A stretch of 60,302 nucleotides of DNA. Source: Clostridia bacterium (lineage in GTDB: Bacteria; Bacillota; Clostridia; Christensenellales; UBA1242). The stretch is taken from contig JAGCEE010000275.1 of assembly GCA_017650795.1 (NCBI GenBank), forward strand, positions 1-60,302. The letters run 5' to 3'. This document shows positions 8,033 through 18,000 of the stretch, piece after piece. Numbering within the stretch: position 1 is the stretch's first letter; each line of letters begins with the position of its first letter. The position numbers and the translations under genes were made by a program. Under the pieces are notes generated by a model. That model saw nothing but the letters and a program-made list of their open reading frames with translations. It made no database searches and was not told where the DNA came from.

Positions 8033-9637
8033 ATGAAAAATGGTTTAAAGATATTATTAGTAATAACCAGTATTGCCGTGGCTTTTGCCTTGGCTATTTT
8101 TGTTATAACAAGCAACCATCAAACAAGTGGTGGACAAAATACTGATAATGTTTTAAATGAGCAAGATATATTTGGTGAGGATGATTTGGCCGCCTCTTTA
8201 ATTACACCTCGAATAATAGCCGAGCAAGAAATAACATTAGAATTGTTAGAAACCGCAAAACTTGATTACGAAATACAAAATATACAAAACCATGATATTA
8301 TCAAAACAATATCAAATCAAAACATTTTAACAATAGATAATCAGGATATTATTCATCCACAGCAAATAGGAAGCACCATAATTACTATTAGTATAAACTG
8401 CTCACCCATGGTTGAAAAACAAATAGTTGTTAATATTATTGACTGTGTTAAAAATGTTGAATTTTTAATTACCGACATGGCAGATGTACCAGCAAGCAAC
8501 TACTATGCAAACACCGATTACAAATTACACATTATTCAAAACATGGCACCAACAATCGAGCCAGAGATTATTTGCTCCATGCAAGATTTTGCCCTTATTT
8601 CTAAAAATGACAACATCATGATTTTTAGGTTTAATCAAAACACTGCCGGCCAATTTGGTTTTACATATAATGGCAAATATATTAACAAAAGCCAAAGCTA
8701 CACAGCACTTGCTCGCCCAGAAAATATTTCGGTTTCATTTACAAACATTCAGCCAATAGATAACAAAATATATCTATATTTGATTGACAATTCATTTATA
8801 ACCCAAGCAAACACTGATGGCTTTTATAGCGCCACAACTTTTAGCATAAATAAACTTAACGAGCAAGACACTATTGCCTGTTCGGTTGCCGGAAGTAGTA
8901 TAAGTTTAAGCCAAAACACAATCTCAGCCAAAAGTTCAGGTGTGTCAGTTTTAACTTTTTCTCAAAAAATTACAAGTCAAATTACAATTACAAAACAAAT
9001 ACAAGTTTATGTTAGTGAAATTGATTTGCAAAAAGTTGTTATAAATGGAACCGAGACCTCGCCTTTTGAAAGTATTGAAAATACTATTTATTTAAAATCG
9101 GGCAAGTATTATGATTTTTCTTTTAGCAAATTGCCTATTTATGCTTCAAAAGAATTAAGTATCGATTACAATGAAAATTTAGTAAATTTTGAAAATAATA
9201 AACTAAAACTTAAAAGTGAAAATAACAGCACCATATATCTTATACATGATAACAATATCGTTTATACATTAAATTTGATTTACGAGCAAGAAACCACAAA
9301 AACAATAACTTACTCAATATCGCTTAATGAAGATAATAAACAATATTGCGATGTAATTATTAATGACAACAATAAACGCATTGAGGTTGAGATGACAGAC
9401 TTGCCAAATATTGGATATTTTGTGTTAAAAATATCTAAATATATTGATAGCGAACTTTCATTAACGCAAGATTTTAGCGCCGAGTTTAGCAGTCTGGAAG
9501 TTTGTTATTTCTCCCGCGCACAAACCATATATGATGGCAATTTATCAATAAGCGTTTTATCTAGCGGGACCTGCAACATCACAATAACCGACAATGATAC
9601 CAATGAGAGTTTTGAAATTGAAGTTAGTGTTATTTGA
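8033..9637 (+). CDS. N-terminally anchored surface protein, probably containing Ig-like (Big_2-like) domains
   Basis: Start refined to MKNGLKILLVITSIAVAFALAIFVI (AAAGG upstream). The Asn/Ile-rich beta-type sequence has a Big_2-like stretch (ITLELLETAKLDYEIQ...ILTIDNQDIIHPQQIGSTIITISI). Confidence 0.45.
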   Translation: MKNGLKILLVITSIAVAFALAIFVITSNHQTSGGQNTDNVLNEQDIFGEDDLAASLITPRIIAEQEITLELLETAKLDYEIQNIQNHDIIKTISNQNILTIDNQDIIHPQQIGSTIITISINCSPMVEKQIVVNIIDCVKNVEFLITDMADVPASNYYANTDYKLHIIQNMAPTIEPEIICSMQDFALISKNDNIMIFRFNQNTAGQFGFTYNGKYINKSQSYTALARPENISVSFTNIQPIDNKIYLYLIDNSFITQANTDGFYSATTFSINKLNEQDTIACSVAGSSISLSQNTISAKSSGVSVLTFSQKITSQITITKQIQVYVSEIDLQKVVINGTETSPFESIENTIYLKSGKYYDFSFSKLPIYASKELSIDYNENLVNFENNKLKLKSENNSTIYLIHDNNIVYTLNLIYEQETTKTITYSISLNEDNKQYCDVIINDNNKRIEVEMTDLPNIGYFVLKISKYIDSELSLTQDFSAEFSSLEVCYFSRAQTIYDGNLSISVLSSGTCNITITDNDTNESFEIEVSVI

Positions 9638-9666
9638 TTGTGATTTTGAAATATGTTTGATAAAAT

Positions 9667-10146
9667 ATGATTATGAAAAATAGCAAAATAACAATACTTG
9701 TATTGTCCGATAGCCATGGCAAAAAAGACTTTATTTTAAACCTCACAAACAACCCAAAATATGATTATGTTTTTTATCTTGGTGACGGCATAGATAGAGA
9801 TTTAGGAACCCTGATTTACGACCCAAGATTAAAATGTGTAAAAGGAAACTGCGATAATTGTTTTTCCGACTTTCCACTTGGCGAAACTGTATATTTAGAA
9901 AATTGTAAAATATTTTTAACTCATGGGCATGAGTACCAGGCAAAATATGGCAATGAACTTTTATTAAAACTTGCAATTGATAATAAATATAATATTGTGT
10001 GTTTTGGACACACCCACAAACAAGGGCATTATATTTTTAATAATATTCATTTAATTAACCCCGGAGCATTAAAAAATGGTGACTATGCTGAAATAATTAT
10101 TGATGAAAATAAAATTGATGTGATTTTTAATAAAATTTTAATATAA
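9667..10146 (+). CDS. YfcE/MJ0936-family metallophosphoesterase
   Basis: Motifs LSDSHG, GDGID, GNCD, THGH and GHTH occur in the canonical order. Confidence 0.8.
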   Translation: MIMKNSKITILVLSDSHGKKDFILNLTNNPKYDYVFYLGDGIDRDLGTLIYDPRLKCVKGNCDNCFSDFPLGETVYLENCKIFLTHGHEYQAKYGNELLLKLAIDNKYNIVCFGHTHKQGHYIFNNIHLINPGALKNGDYAEIIIDENKIDVIFNKILI

Positions 10147-10226
10147 ATAATTTTTTTCTTTTAAAAAAATAGTATTTAACCAATATTTAATTTATTTGTA
10201 TTAAAACAATATGTTTACAAAAAAAA

Positions 10227-10249
10227 CAGAGATTTTTCTCTGTTTTTTT
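10227..10249. terminator. Bidirectional intrinsic terminator
   Basis: CAGAGA-TTTTT-CTCTG hairpin with an A-run before it and a T-run (10243-10249) after it, between convergent genes. Confidence 0.65.
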
Positions 10250-10301
10250 ATTTAAAATTATGTATATTTTTAATTATTTTTTTTAATATTTTTTATTTTT
10301 A

Positions 10302-12815
10302 TTATTCTGTTCTAAGTGCTTTAACTGGGTCTTTTTTAGATGCTATTTTTGCAGGAATAAGTCCAGCCAAAAGCGTTAGCACAACAGATATAAACACCAA
10401 TGCCACTGCGTGATCTAATCTTAAAGATGCAATATTTGTTATAGCAGCGCCATCGGACAAATTCCTTATTATATTACTAATTGGGAAAGTTAAAATAAAT
10501 GTCACAACCACTCCAATTATTCCGGCAGTTAATCCTATTATAAATGTTTCCATATTAAACACTCTTGAAATATCTTTTTTCCTTGCACCAATACTTCTTA
10601 AAACTCCAATTTCTTTTGTTCTTTCTATAACCGAAGTATAAGTTATTATACCAATCATAATAGACGAAACAATTAGCGATATTCCGGCAAATGCAATAAG
10701 GACATAAGAAATAATATTAACTAATTGTCCAAGCGTATTGGTTAAAAACTCGCTAGTATCCGAATAAACAATTTTTTCGCTTTCTAGTTCTTTTGTTTCA
10801 TTATAACTATTTATCATAGATACTATACTTTCTTTTGCCGAAAAGTTTTTTGGATAAAACTTAATGTTTATTGGTATTGTGCTTATACCTATTTGTTGCA
10901 TTGCTATTTCAAAAGCATCTTCGTTTGATAAAGTATACCCATACTGTGAATACAAAAATCCGTTAATTGCGGCTACGCTTGGGTAAGCTGGAAGTATAGG
11001 CAATTCTGCGACCTCTATATCGTATGGGTCATACAACGTGTAATCGCCATTTTGTTTGTTTTGTCTTTCTTTTAATCCAATTATTGAGTTTTCACAATTT
11101 GTTTTATAATAATCTTCTAAATCACGCATATAAACAAGTCCGGATTGAAGCAGTGATGCTGTTGCGTCTTCTTTTTGTCTCAAAACCCCACAAATCTTAA
11201 TGGTATACTCTGCACTATTATATGCTAATTCAAGTTCTTCTTGCTTTGAAGTGTCAATTTTTGAAAACTGTGTTATTTCGTCTATATTTGTTGAGTTTGG
11301 AGTATAGTAATCATCATTTAATAATAGTTTATACTCCTTATTAAATACATCTTCCAAATCTAATTTTTCATAACTACCATCAACTGTTAGAGTTGTTTTA
11401 AAACCAAGGCTTTCAAGTGTTGCGTAAGACATTTTGTTTCCACCGCCAACAACAAGCAAAACCTCTTTTGTAAAAGGGTCGTCGTCATTTTTTTGTGGCA
11501 TACGACCATTTACAATTTCGTATTGCTCTAAAACATAATCCAAATTATCAAGCATTGGAAATATTGGAGTGGATACATCGGCACTTAATATGCTTGTTGA
11601 GTTCTTTCGTTTTATAAAAACATATTCGCCGTCTTTTGTTTTAGTGATAAGTTTAACAGGAACATAATAATTGTAATCAACGGTGTTTAATTTTTCTTTT
11701 CCGTTTGCCATATCATCCTGCTCAAACTGTTTTACCTTTTCCACAAACTCGCTGGTCAAATTATTATAATGACCGTATTGAACATATTTTGTTAATGGAT
11801 TGTATGGAACGATATATTCCCCAGCATCATCTTCGTTTTTATTGTTATTGCTTGTGTCCATGCTTGCAAACTTGGTCATATCCATACTTATTGCCGAAAC
11901 AGAAATAGGATAACTTCCTAGTGCATCACTTTGAAGTTTGTTTATGTAATCAGTAAAGCCATTAGAAACCGACAACACCAATGCAATTCCAATAATACCA
12001 ATGCTTCCGGCAAAACTTACAAGTATTGTCTTTAACCGTTTTGCAAAAAGATTTTTAAAAGAAAGCGAAAATGCAGTAAATAACGACATGGCAGTTCTGC
12101 GTTTGCCTTTTTCATCTTCTCTTGTTTTACTTTTCTTGTTTAGTGGCTTAGAGTCGCCTATCATTTTACCATCATGGAGTTTTATTATTCTGGTTGAATA
12201 TTTTTCTGCAAGGTCGCCATTATGTGTGACCATTATTACCAAATGCTTTTTTGATATCTTTTTCAAAATGTCCATTACTTGGACACTTGTTTCACTATCC
12301 AATGCTCCGGTTGGTTCATCTGCAAGAATTATTTCCGGATTATTAACTATTGCTCTGGCTATTGCCACCCTTTGCATCTGTCCGCCCGAAAGCTGATTTG
12401 GTCTCTTTTTGAGTTGTGATTCAAGCCCTACTTCTTTTAATGCATCTATGGCAAGTTGCCTCTTTTTTTTATTGTCTATTCCACCAATAGAAAGAGATAA
12501 CTCCACATTTTCTATAACGGTTAAATGTGGTATTAGGTTATAATTCTGAAAAACAAATCCAATGTAGTGATTTCTGTATGTATCCCAATCTCTATCCTTG
12601 TAATGTTTTGTTGATTTTCCATTTATTTTTATATCGCCACTATCGTATCTGTCTAGCCCACCCAAAATATTTAATAGAGTTGTTTTTCCGCAACCACTTT
12701 GCCCCAAAATAGCAACAAATTCATGCTCTCTAAAAGAAACCGAAATGTCACTAAGTGCATTGACTTTGGTGTCGCCAGCAACATAGGTTTTACAAATATT
12801 TTTTAACTCTATCAT
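10302..12815 (-). CDS. Fused ABC ATPase / FtsX-type permease (MacB-like) with a large extracytoplasmic domain
   Basis: 837 aa. Walker A GQSGCGKTT, signature LSGGQMQR, Walker B ILADEPTGALD. C-terminal FtsX-like TM bundle (RTKEIGVLRSIGARKKDI...). Confidence 0.85.
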   Translation of the reverse strand: MIELKNICKTYVAGDTKVNALSDISVSFREHEFVAILGQSGCGKTTLLNILGGLDRYDSGDIKINGKSTKHYKDRDWDTYRNHYIGFVFQNYNLIPHLTVIENVELSLSIGGIDNKKKRQLAIDALKEVGLESQLKKRPNQLSGGQMQRVAIARAIVNNPEIILADEPTGALDSETSVQVMDILKKISKKHLVIMVTHNGDLAEKYSTRIIKLHDGKMIGDSKPLNKKSKTREDEKGKRRTAMSLFTAFSLSFKNLFAKRLKTILVSFAGSIGIIGIALVLSVSNGFTDYINKLQSDALGSYPISVSAISMDMTKFASMDTSNNNKNEDDAGEYIVPYNPLTKYVQYGHYNNLTSEFVEKVKQFEQDDMANGKEKLNTVDYNYYVPVKLITKTKDGEYVFIKRKNSTSILSADVSTPIFPMLDNLDYVLEQYEIVNGRMPQKNDDDPFTKEVLLVVGGGNKMSYATLESLGFKTTLTVDGSYEKLDLEDVFNKEYKLLLNDDYYTPNSTNIDEITQFSKIDTSKQEELELAYNSAEYTIKICGVLRQKEDATASLLQSGLVYMRDLEDYYKTNCENSIIGLKERQNKQNGDYTLYDPYDIEVAELPILPAYPSVAAINGFLYSQYGYTLSNEDAFEIAMQQIGISTIPINIKFYPKNFSAKESIVSMINSYNETKELESEKIVYSDTSEFLTNTLGQLVNIISYVLIAFAGISLIVSSIMIGIITYTSVIERTKEIGVLRSIGARKKDISRVFNMETFIIGLTAGIIGVVVTFILTFPISNIIRNLSDGAAITNIASLRLDHAVALVFISVVLTLLAGLIPAKIASKKDPVKALRTE

Positions 12816-13034
12816 GTGTGTACCTCCATGTAAAAAGTTTAGTAATAGTTTTTATATATGATGTGGGTTCTTTATATTCTTTGTTTTACCATAAAATTTT
12901 GTTTTTTGCAATGAATAGAACACTGTTTTATAAGATTTTAGGGCGATAATTGTACAAATCAATTTTATTACGACATAAAACTATATTGCTTTAAAAAACT
13001 ATTTTTGTCATGTTTTGCGTCAATAAAAAATTCC

Positions 13035-13063
13035 TTGCTTTTTTATTAAATGTATGTTATACT
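13035..13063 (+). promoter_or_regulatory. Sigma-A-type promoter for the tRNA gene
   Basis: TTGCTT (13035-13040), a 17-nt spacer ending in TGT, then TATACT (13058-13063). It lies 30 nt upstream of the tRNA 5' end. Confidence 0.5.
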
Positions 13064-13092
13064 CCCAAAGTCAAAAGTAAAAAAAACATTTT

Positions 13093-13167
13093 GCCCTTAT
13101 GGTAAAGAGGTTAATACGTCGCCCTCTCACGGCGAAGTCGGCGGTTCGATTCCGCCTAAGGGTACCA
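13093..13167 (+). tRNA. tRNA-Glu, anticodon CUC, with encoded CCA
   Basis: Hand-folded cloverleaf. Acceptor stem GCCCTTA/TAAGGGT (G1:U72). Anticodon stem TCGCC/GGCGA with loop C-T-CTC-A-C. T arm GGCGG-TTCGATT-CCGCC, a 4-nt variable loop and a CCA end. The anticodon arm closely resembles E. coli tRNA-Glu as I recall it. Confidence 0.9.
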
Positions 13168-13171
13168 AAAA

Positions 13172-13200
13172 ATCCCAAGATTATTTCTTGGGATTTTTTT
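13172..13200. terminator. Bidirectional intrinsic terminator shared by the tRNA (+) and dnaA (-)
   Basis: ATCCCAAGA-TTATT-TCTTGGGAT forms a perfect 9-bp stem, with an A-run before it and a T-run after it. Confidence 0.8.
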
Positions 13201-13203
13201 ATT

Positions 13204-14559
13204 TTAAACAGATGTGATTTTTGATTTTAAATCATTTACTATTGACCTTGTTTTGTTGTCTTTTTTTACAAGGTCTGCTATTTTTTCTCGAGCATGAATT
13301 ATTGTGGTATAATCTCTGCCCCCAAATAGTTTGCCTATTGTGACAAGGGTTAAATCTAAAATATCATCAATTAAATATATTGCTATCATTCTTGGCTCTA
13401 CAATTTCTTTTGTTTTTTTCTTTCCGGTTATTTCTTCATATGTAATTCCAAAATATGAGCAAACATGATTTATTATGTTTTCTGGTGTGACTTGTTTTTG
13501 TTCTTTTTCTATAATGTCTTCTTTAAATGCCTCTTTTGCATCTTCTAGTGTTGCTATTCTTTTGCCCATAAGCGTTGCAAAGAAGAATACCTTAGAAAGC
13601 ATGCCCTCCATTTCTCTAATGTTAGTGAATGGCTTTTCTGCAATGAAATTCATAACATCGTCATCTAAGTAGTATTTTTCTATTAATGCTTTATTCTTAA
13701 TAATTGCAAGCCTTGTTTCAAAATCTGGTATTTGCATGTCTTGAATTAAGCCACTAGAAAACCGGCTTTTTAATCTATCTTCAACATCTATCTCTTTTGG
13801 AGGTCTGTCGGATGTAATTATTATTTGTTTGTCGTTTTGATATAAGGCATTAAATGTGTGGAAAAATTCATCGATTGTTGATTTTTTACCCTCAATAAAT
13901 TGAATATCATCAATCATAAGAACATCAACATTCCTGTAATTATCTTTAAACTCAAATATTTTAGAATCTTTTCCGTTTTCGGAAACTCTTAGTGACTCAA
14001 TGTAATCATTTACAAACTTTTCACAAGTGACATATTTTATTTTTAAGTTAGGGTTATGCTCGGCTATGTAATTACCAATTGCATGCATAAGGTGAGTTTT
14101 TCCTAGTCCAACACCACTATAAATAAATAGAGGGTTAAACCTTTTGCCAGGGTTTTCTGCAACTGTGTGTGCGGCAGCATAACAAAATTTATTACTTCCA
14201 CCAACAACAAAATTGTCGAACGTGTATTTTTCGTTAAATTGACTTTTGTCGGATGTATTAAATGTTTCGTACTTATTATCGGCACTTTTTTCTAAATATT
14301 TTTCTTTTTCTTCTTTATCTATTATTTCATAATCAACATATTCGCCAAAAACTTCATGCACACATTCTAAAAGTTGCTTAGAATGGTGATTTAAAATTTG
14401 TTGTTTTGCTGCATTGCTTGGCGAATATAAAATAAGTTTATTATCGTTTGTAAGTTCTAGTGGCTCTAATTTAGAAATCCAAACATCATAAGTAATAAAC
14501 GAAACTAAATTCTGCATTTTAAATATAACTTTTTGCCACATCTCTTGTAAATCTTGCAT
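13204..14559 (-). CDS. dnaA: Chromosomal replication initiator DnaA
   Basis: 451 aa. Walker A GGVGLGKTHL, Walker B VDVLMIDDIQF, sensor region, and C-terminal DNA-binding helix (GGRDYTTIIHAREKI). GAGGAG RBS. Confidence 0.95.
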   Translation of the reverse strand: MQDLQEMWQKVIFKMQNLVSFITYDVWISKLEPLELTNDNKLILYSPSNAAKQQILNHHSKQLLECVHEVFGEYVDYEIIDKEEKEKYLEKSADNKYETFNTSDKSQFNEKYTFDNFVVGGSNKFCYAAAHTVAENPGKRFNPLFIYSGVGLGKTHLMHAIGNYIAEHNPNLKIKYVTCEKFVNDYIESLRVSENGKDSKIFEFKDNYRNVDVLMIDDIQFIEGKKSTIDEFFHTFNALYQNDKQIIITSDRPPKEIDVEDRLKSRFSSGLIQDMQIPDFETRLAIIKNKALIEKYYLDDDVMNFIAEKPFTNIREMEGMLSKVFFFATLMGKRIATLEDAKEAFKEDIIEKEQKQVTPENIINHVCSYFGITYEEITGKKKTKEIVEPRMIAIYLIDDILDLTLVTIGKLFGGRDYTTIIHAREKIADLVKKDNKTRSIVNDLKSKITSV

Positions 14560-14569
14560 ATAAATCTCC

Positions 14570-14884
14570 TCAAATCTTATAGGTCTTATTAGAAACCCTT
14601 GTAATCATAAGTTTATCGTCATCAACTGCCACCTTGTTTTTGTGCAACATTCCACATTTTTGACACCTATAAACTATTACATATCCTTTTTTTTGATTAT
14701 ACTCCAAATCAACAGGAATAAGTAAGCCTTTGCAGTCATTTTGTCTATCGCCCGGGAGTATATCTATGTGAATTGAGCATAAACAATAAGGACAGTGGTC
14801 TCTTGACGTATAATTTAAAGCCTTAACATTTTTATTACAGTTTACACAAACAAACCCTTCATCATTTTTTGTAAACTTTTTCAT
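14570..14884 (-). CDS. RNHCP-domain zinc-ribbon protein
   Basis: 104 aa. FVCVNCNK...TSRDHCPYCLCSIH...YRCQKCG matches my memory of the RNHCP domain (here RDHCP) with Cys pairs. Its stop lies 10 nt before the dnaA start and overlaps the dnaA RBS. Confidence 0.65.
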   Translation of the reverse strand: MKKFTKNDEGFVCVNCNKNVKALNYTSRDHCPYCLCSIHIDILPGDRQNDCKGLLIPVDLEYNQKKGYVIVYRCQKCGMLHKNKVAVDDDKLMITRVSNKTYKI

Positions 14885-14891
14885 AGTTTAT

Positions 14892-14920
14892 ATTTTATCT
14901 ATAAAATATTAAAATGTCAA
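14892..14920 (-). promoter_or_regulatory. Near-consensus sigma-A promoter driving RNHCP-dnaA, possibly giving a leaderless mRNA
   Basis: On the minus strand: TTGACA (14920-14915), a 17-nt spacer, TAAAAT (14897-14892), then only 7 nt (ATAAACT) before the ATG at 14884. No Shine-Dalgarno sequence is present. Confidence 0.5.
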
Positions 14921-14945
14921 TGCAAATATCATTTATCTAATTGAC

Positions 14946-14981
14946 AAAAATATATCTTAAAAGCAAACGCCTTTAAGATAT
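14946..14981 (-). terminator. Intrinsic terminator after the giant surface-protein gene
   Basis: ATATCTTAAA (14952-14961) pairs with TTTAAGATAT (14972-14981) as a 10-bp stem. On the minus strand this is followed by TTTTT (complement of 14946-14950). Confidence 0.7.
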
Positions 14982-15006
14982 ATTTTATTTAATAACCGTA
15001 ATTTAA

Positions 15007-18000
15007 CTATCTAATCTTCATTCTTCTACGCATCAAGACAAACACGATACTACCAGATACCGCAAGTAGAGCACTAACAACAATAATAATTATTGAAATC
15101 GTATTTAATGGCTCTGCTTTTTCAACATAATAAGAATACAGTAGTTGTCCGGAAGTTGTTGCCACTTCTATGTAATATTTGCCTGTGCCGTCAATAGTTA
15201 TATTGTAAACATCTTTAAGCTCGCCGGCATCTAATTTTTCTTTTGTTATTTCCAAAGTCATATATCCCGTAATTTTTAATACACAATCCCCCGCATTATT
15301 TATTAGGTTGCTTGTGTTAAAGCTTACAGTTATGTTGCTTGTAGTGGTTTGACCATTACCAACAGATACCTCAATAGGAATATTTGGTCTATTTATCCAA
15401 ACTGTGTATGTAAATTTTTGGTTAAATTCATTATCTGTATTTATTACAAAAGTCCAATAACCAATTCCTGTTTTAATATCATTGGCATGAATATAAATAT
15501 TCTTTAAATAGTCGCCATACATTTCGCCAGAATTTATGTTTGTTAAATCGTCCTTAACGGAAACATTATTTAATAGAATATCCTCTATATAATATGTTCC
15601 GTAGCCGGTGTGAGTATAACTTATCCTGCTTTCGCTAGAAGAAAGAATTGTAAAGTAAATTGGCGCCTCATAAATACTATTTTCGCCTATTTTTGCAGTA
15701 AACCAAACTTTATATAGTCCTGGTTTTGTAAACGTGTAATCATACGTGCCATTCTTTGTATAATCTGTACACTCCTCACCATTCAACTCAACGTTTATTC
15801 TTGGTTTTCCGTCAATAGCATAATACGAAATGGTGTTTTGAGGCACTTTTATGTTTACTTCATTGTTAAATATAGAATAGTTGATTGGAATGTCGCCATT
15901 TATTTCATAAATAACACTGCTTAAATACCTTAATGTCACAAACTCGGAATCTCTATAACTTGAATTATTACCAAACAAGTGAGTATTTCCTGCTTTGTCT
16001 ACAAATCTTAAATAATATGTTCCAGATGTTTTTAAAGTAATAGAGTTTAAACCATTTACATCGCTAATAGTTGCATTTAGTGGGCTTCCCTCTAAATCGC
16101 CATAGTAAACTTCTACACCAATAGTGTTTTCTTTAATTTCACTATACTTAGACCATGCCACTTTAATTCCTGTTTCGTACTCGTCTATGGTTGTGACATA
16201 TGCCGTTGTTGTAGATAAGTTTTGTCTAATTAAATCATTGTTTTGTTGGTCTATATTGCCACCATAAACTAATAATCTCTTTAATAGGTCATCTGTTTTA
16301 TTTAATTTGGTTATTGCAACCTTATCGTATGATTTTGGAGCATTTGTTGTGCTGTTTTTGTTGGTGATTACATATATTGTTGTAAAGTATTTTGAATCTG
16401 GTTGAATTTCGTATTCACTAACCTCTAAATCAAGGTTGCTGTTTACCATAATTTTGTATTCATCATTAACAATATAGTGATTTATTATTTGATGCTCGCC
16501 GCCGTCTTTTACAAAAGTAAATGCGCTACCAGTTGCCTCAACCTCTTCAAATGTTCCGTTGCTTGTTAATTTTGCAACCGAATACTTAAAGTTTTCTGTA
16601 TTTGCAATTCTAAATGTAAATGACAAACTACATCCAAGCATAGCACCCAAATAGTTTATTGTTAGGGTGTATGTGCCATCTTCATCTAATATTAAATTTT
16701 CTCTTATTGTGACAAATGATTGGTTTGGCATTTGAATAATTATATCGTAGTCAAATTTTAATATAGATTTAATGTAGTTGATTATAACTGAATCAGGATA
16801 TGCTTTATCGCCAACTAATATTTGAAGTGCATCGCTTGATGTTTGCTTGCCAATAATATTAAGTCCTGATGGTATTTCGTTAAATATTTCAAATCTTATT
16901 TTTTCACTCTCTATGTTAAAATCTTCTTTTGGGTTGATTATTAATTCAAATAGTTTGCTTCCTCCAAGCACCTTTTTGTCTTCATTAAAGTTATATTTTA
17001 TATGAACCATTTTAATGGTCAAAATATTATAGCTAAATGAAATTATCATATCATCAATATATTTATCTGCCGTTATTGTTTTTACTTCGCCCTCTTCGTC
17101 AACTGATTGAACATAATAAGAATCATTTTGTTTAATAATATTATATTTGCGAGTTGCTACTGAGCCATCAATGTTTTCTACAATATTTAATGTTGCAGTT
17201 TTATATATTGTTGTGTCGTATTTGTATGCGATATCTTCGCTAGAATAATATATTGCACCATAATCATCAAAGCCCGAAACAACATATCCATCGCTTGTAA
17301 TAGGTTCTTTTATTATGGTTTGACCATAAATATTTATTACCGTGTATTTGTCATCAAAGTTATCTACTATATTATAGATAAAATAATCATTAACATTTAT
17401 CTTCTTGGTAATTTGAATTCTTACATATTTATAACTTCCAACATTTTTATAAGTTATATCAAGTCCCAAAATGTCTTGGCTTATTTCCATCTCTTTTGTT
17501 AAAAATTCAGCATCAAGTCCACTAATGTTTATTAGTTCGTCATTATTACCATTTATGTTTGTTAGTATTTGTAAAGACTTTGCATAAAGGTTGTTTGATG
17601 CTTCAATATTAGCAGGTATTCTAATAAGAATTCCTTCTTGCAAGCCTTCCTCTATTTGAGAAATTTTGTATATTGATAAGTTTTGATTTAATACGTGAAC
17701 GTCAAGACATAATTGACTTATTTTTGGAACCGAGTAAATGTAAAGTTGTTGGGTATTGTTATTTGATTGAAGAAGTGAAATCTCTTCCAAACTATAAGCC
17801 GTTGTGTCTTGACTAGAACTATAAGAATAGTACATTCCATATGTGTATGGTGATTTTACATATACTTTTCCGTTTACTTTAATAACACTCCAAGACAAAT
17901 CGCCAAGTTCTTGACTAAATAATTGAATTGATTTAAGTTTGAATGAGTTTTTAGAGTAAAGAGATATTGTTCCATTTGATGATGCAATATCACCATTTGT

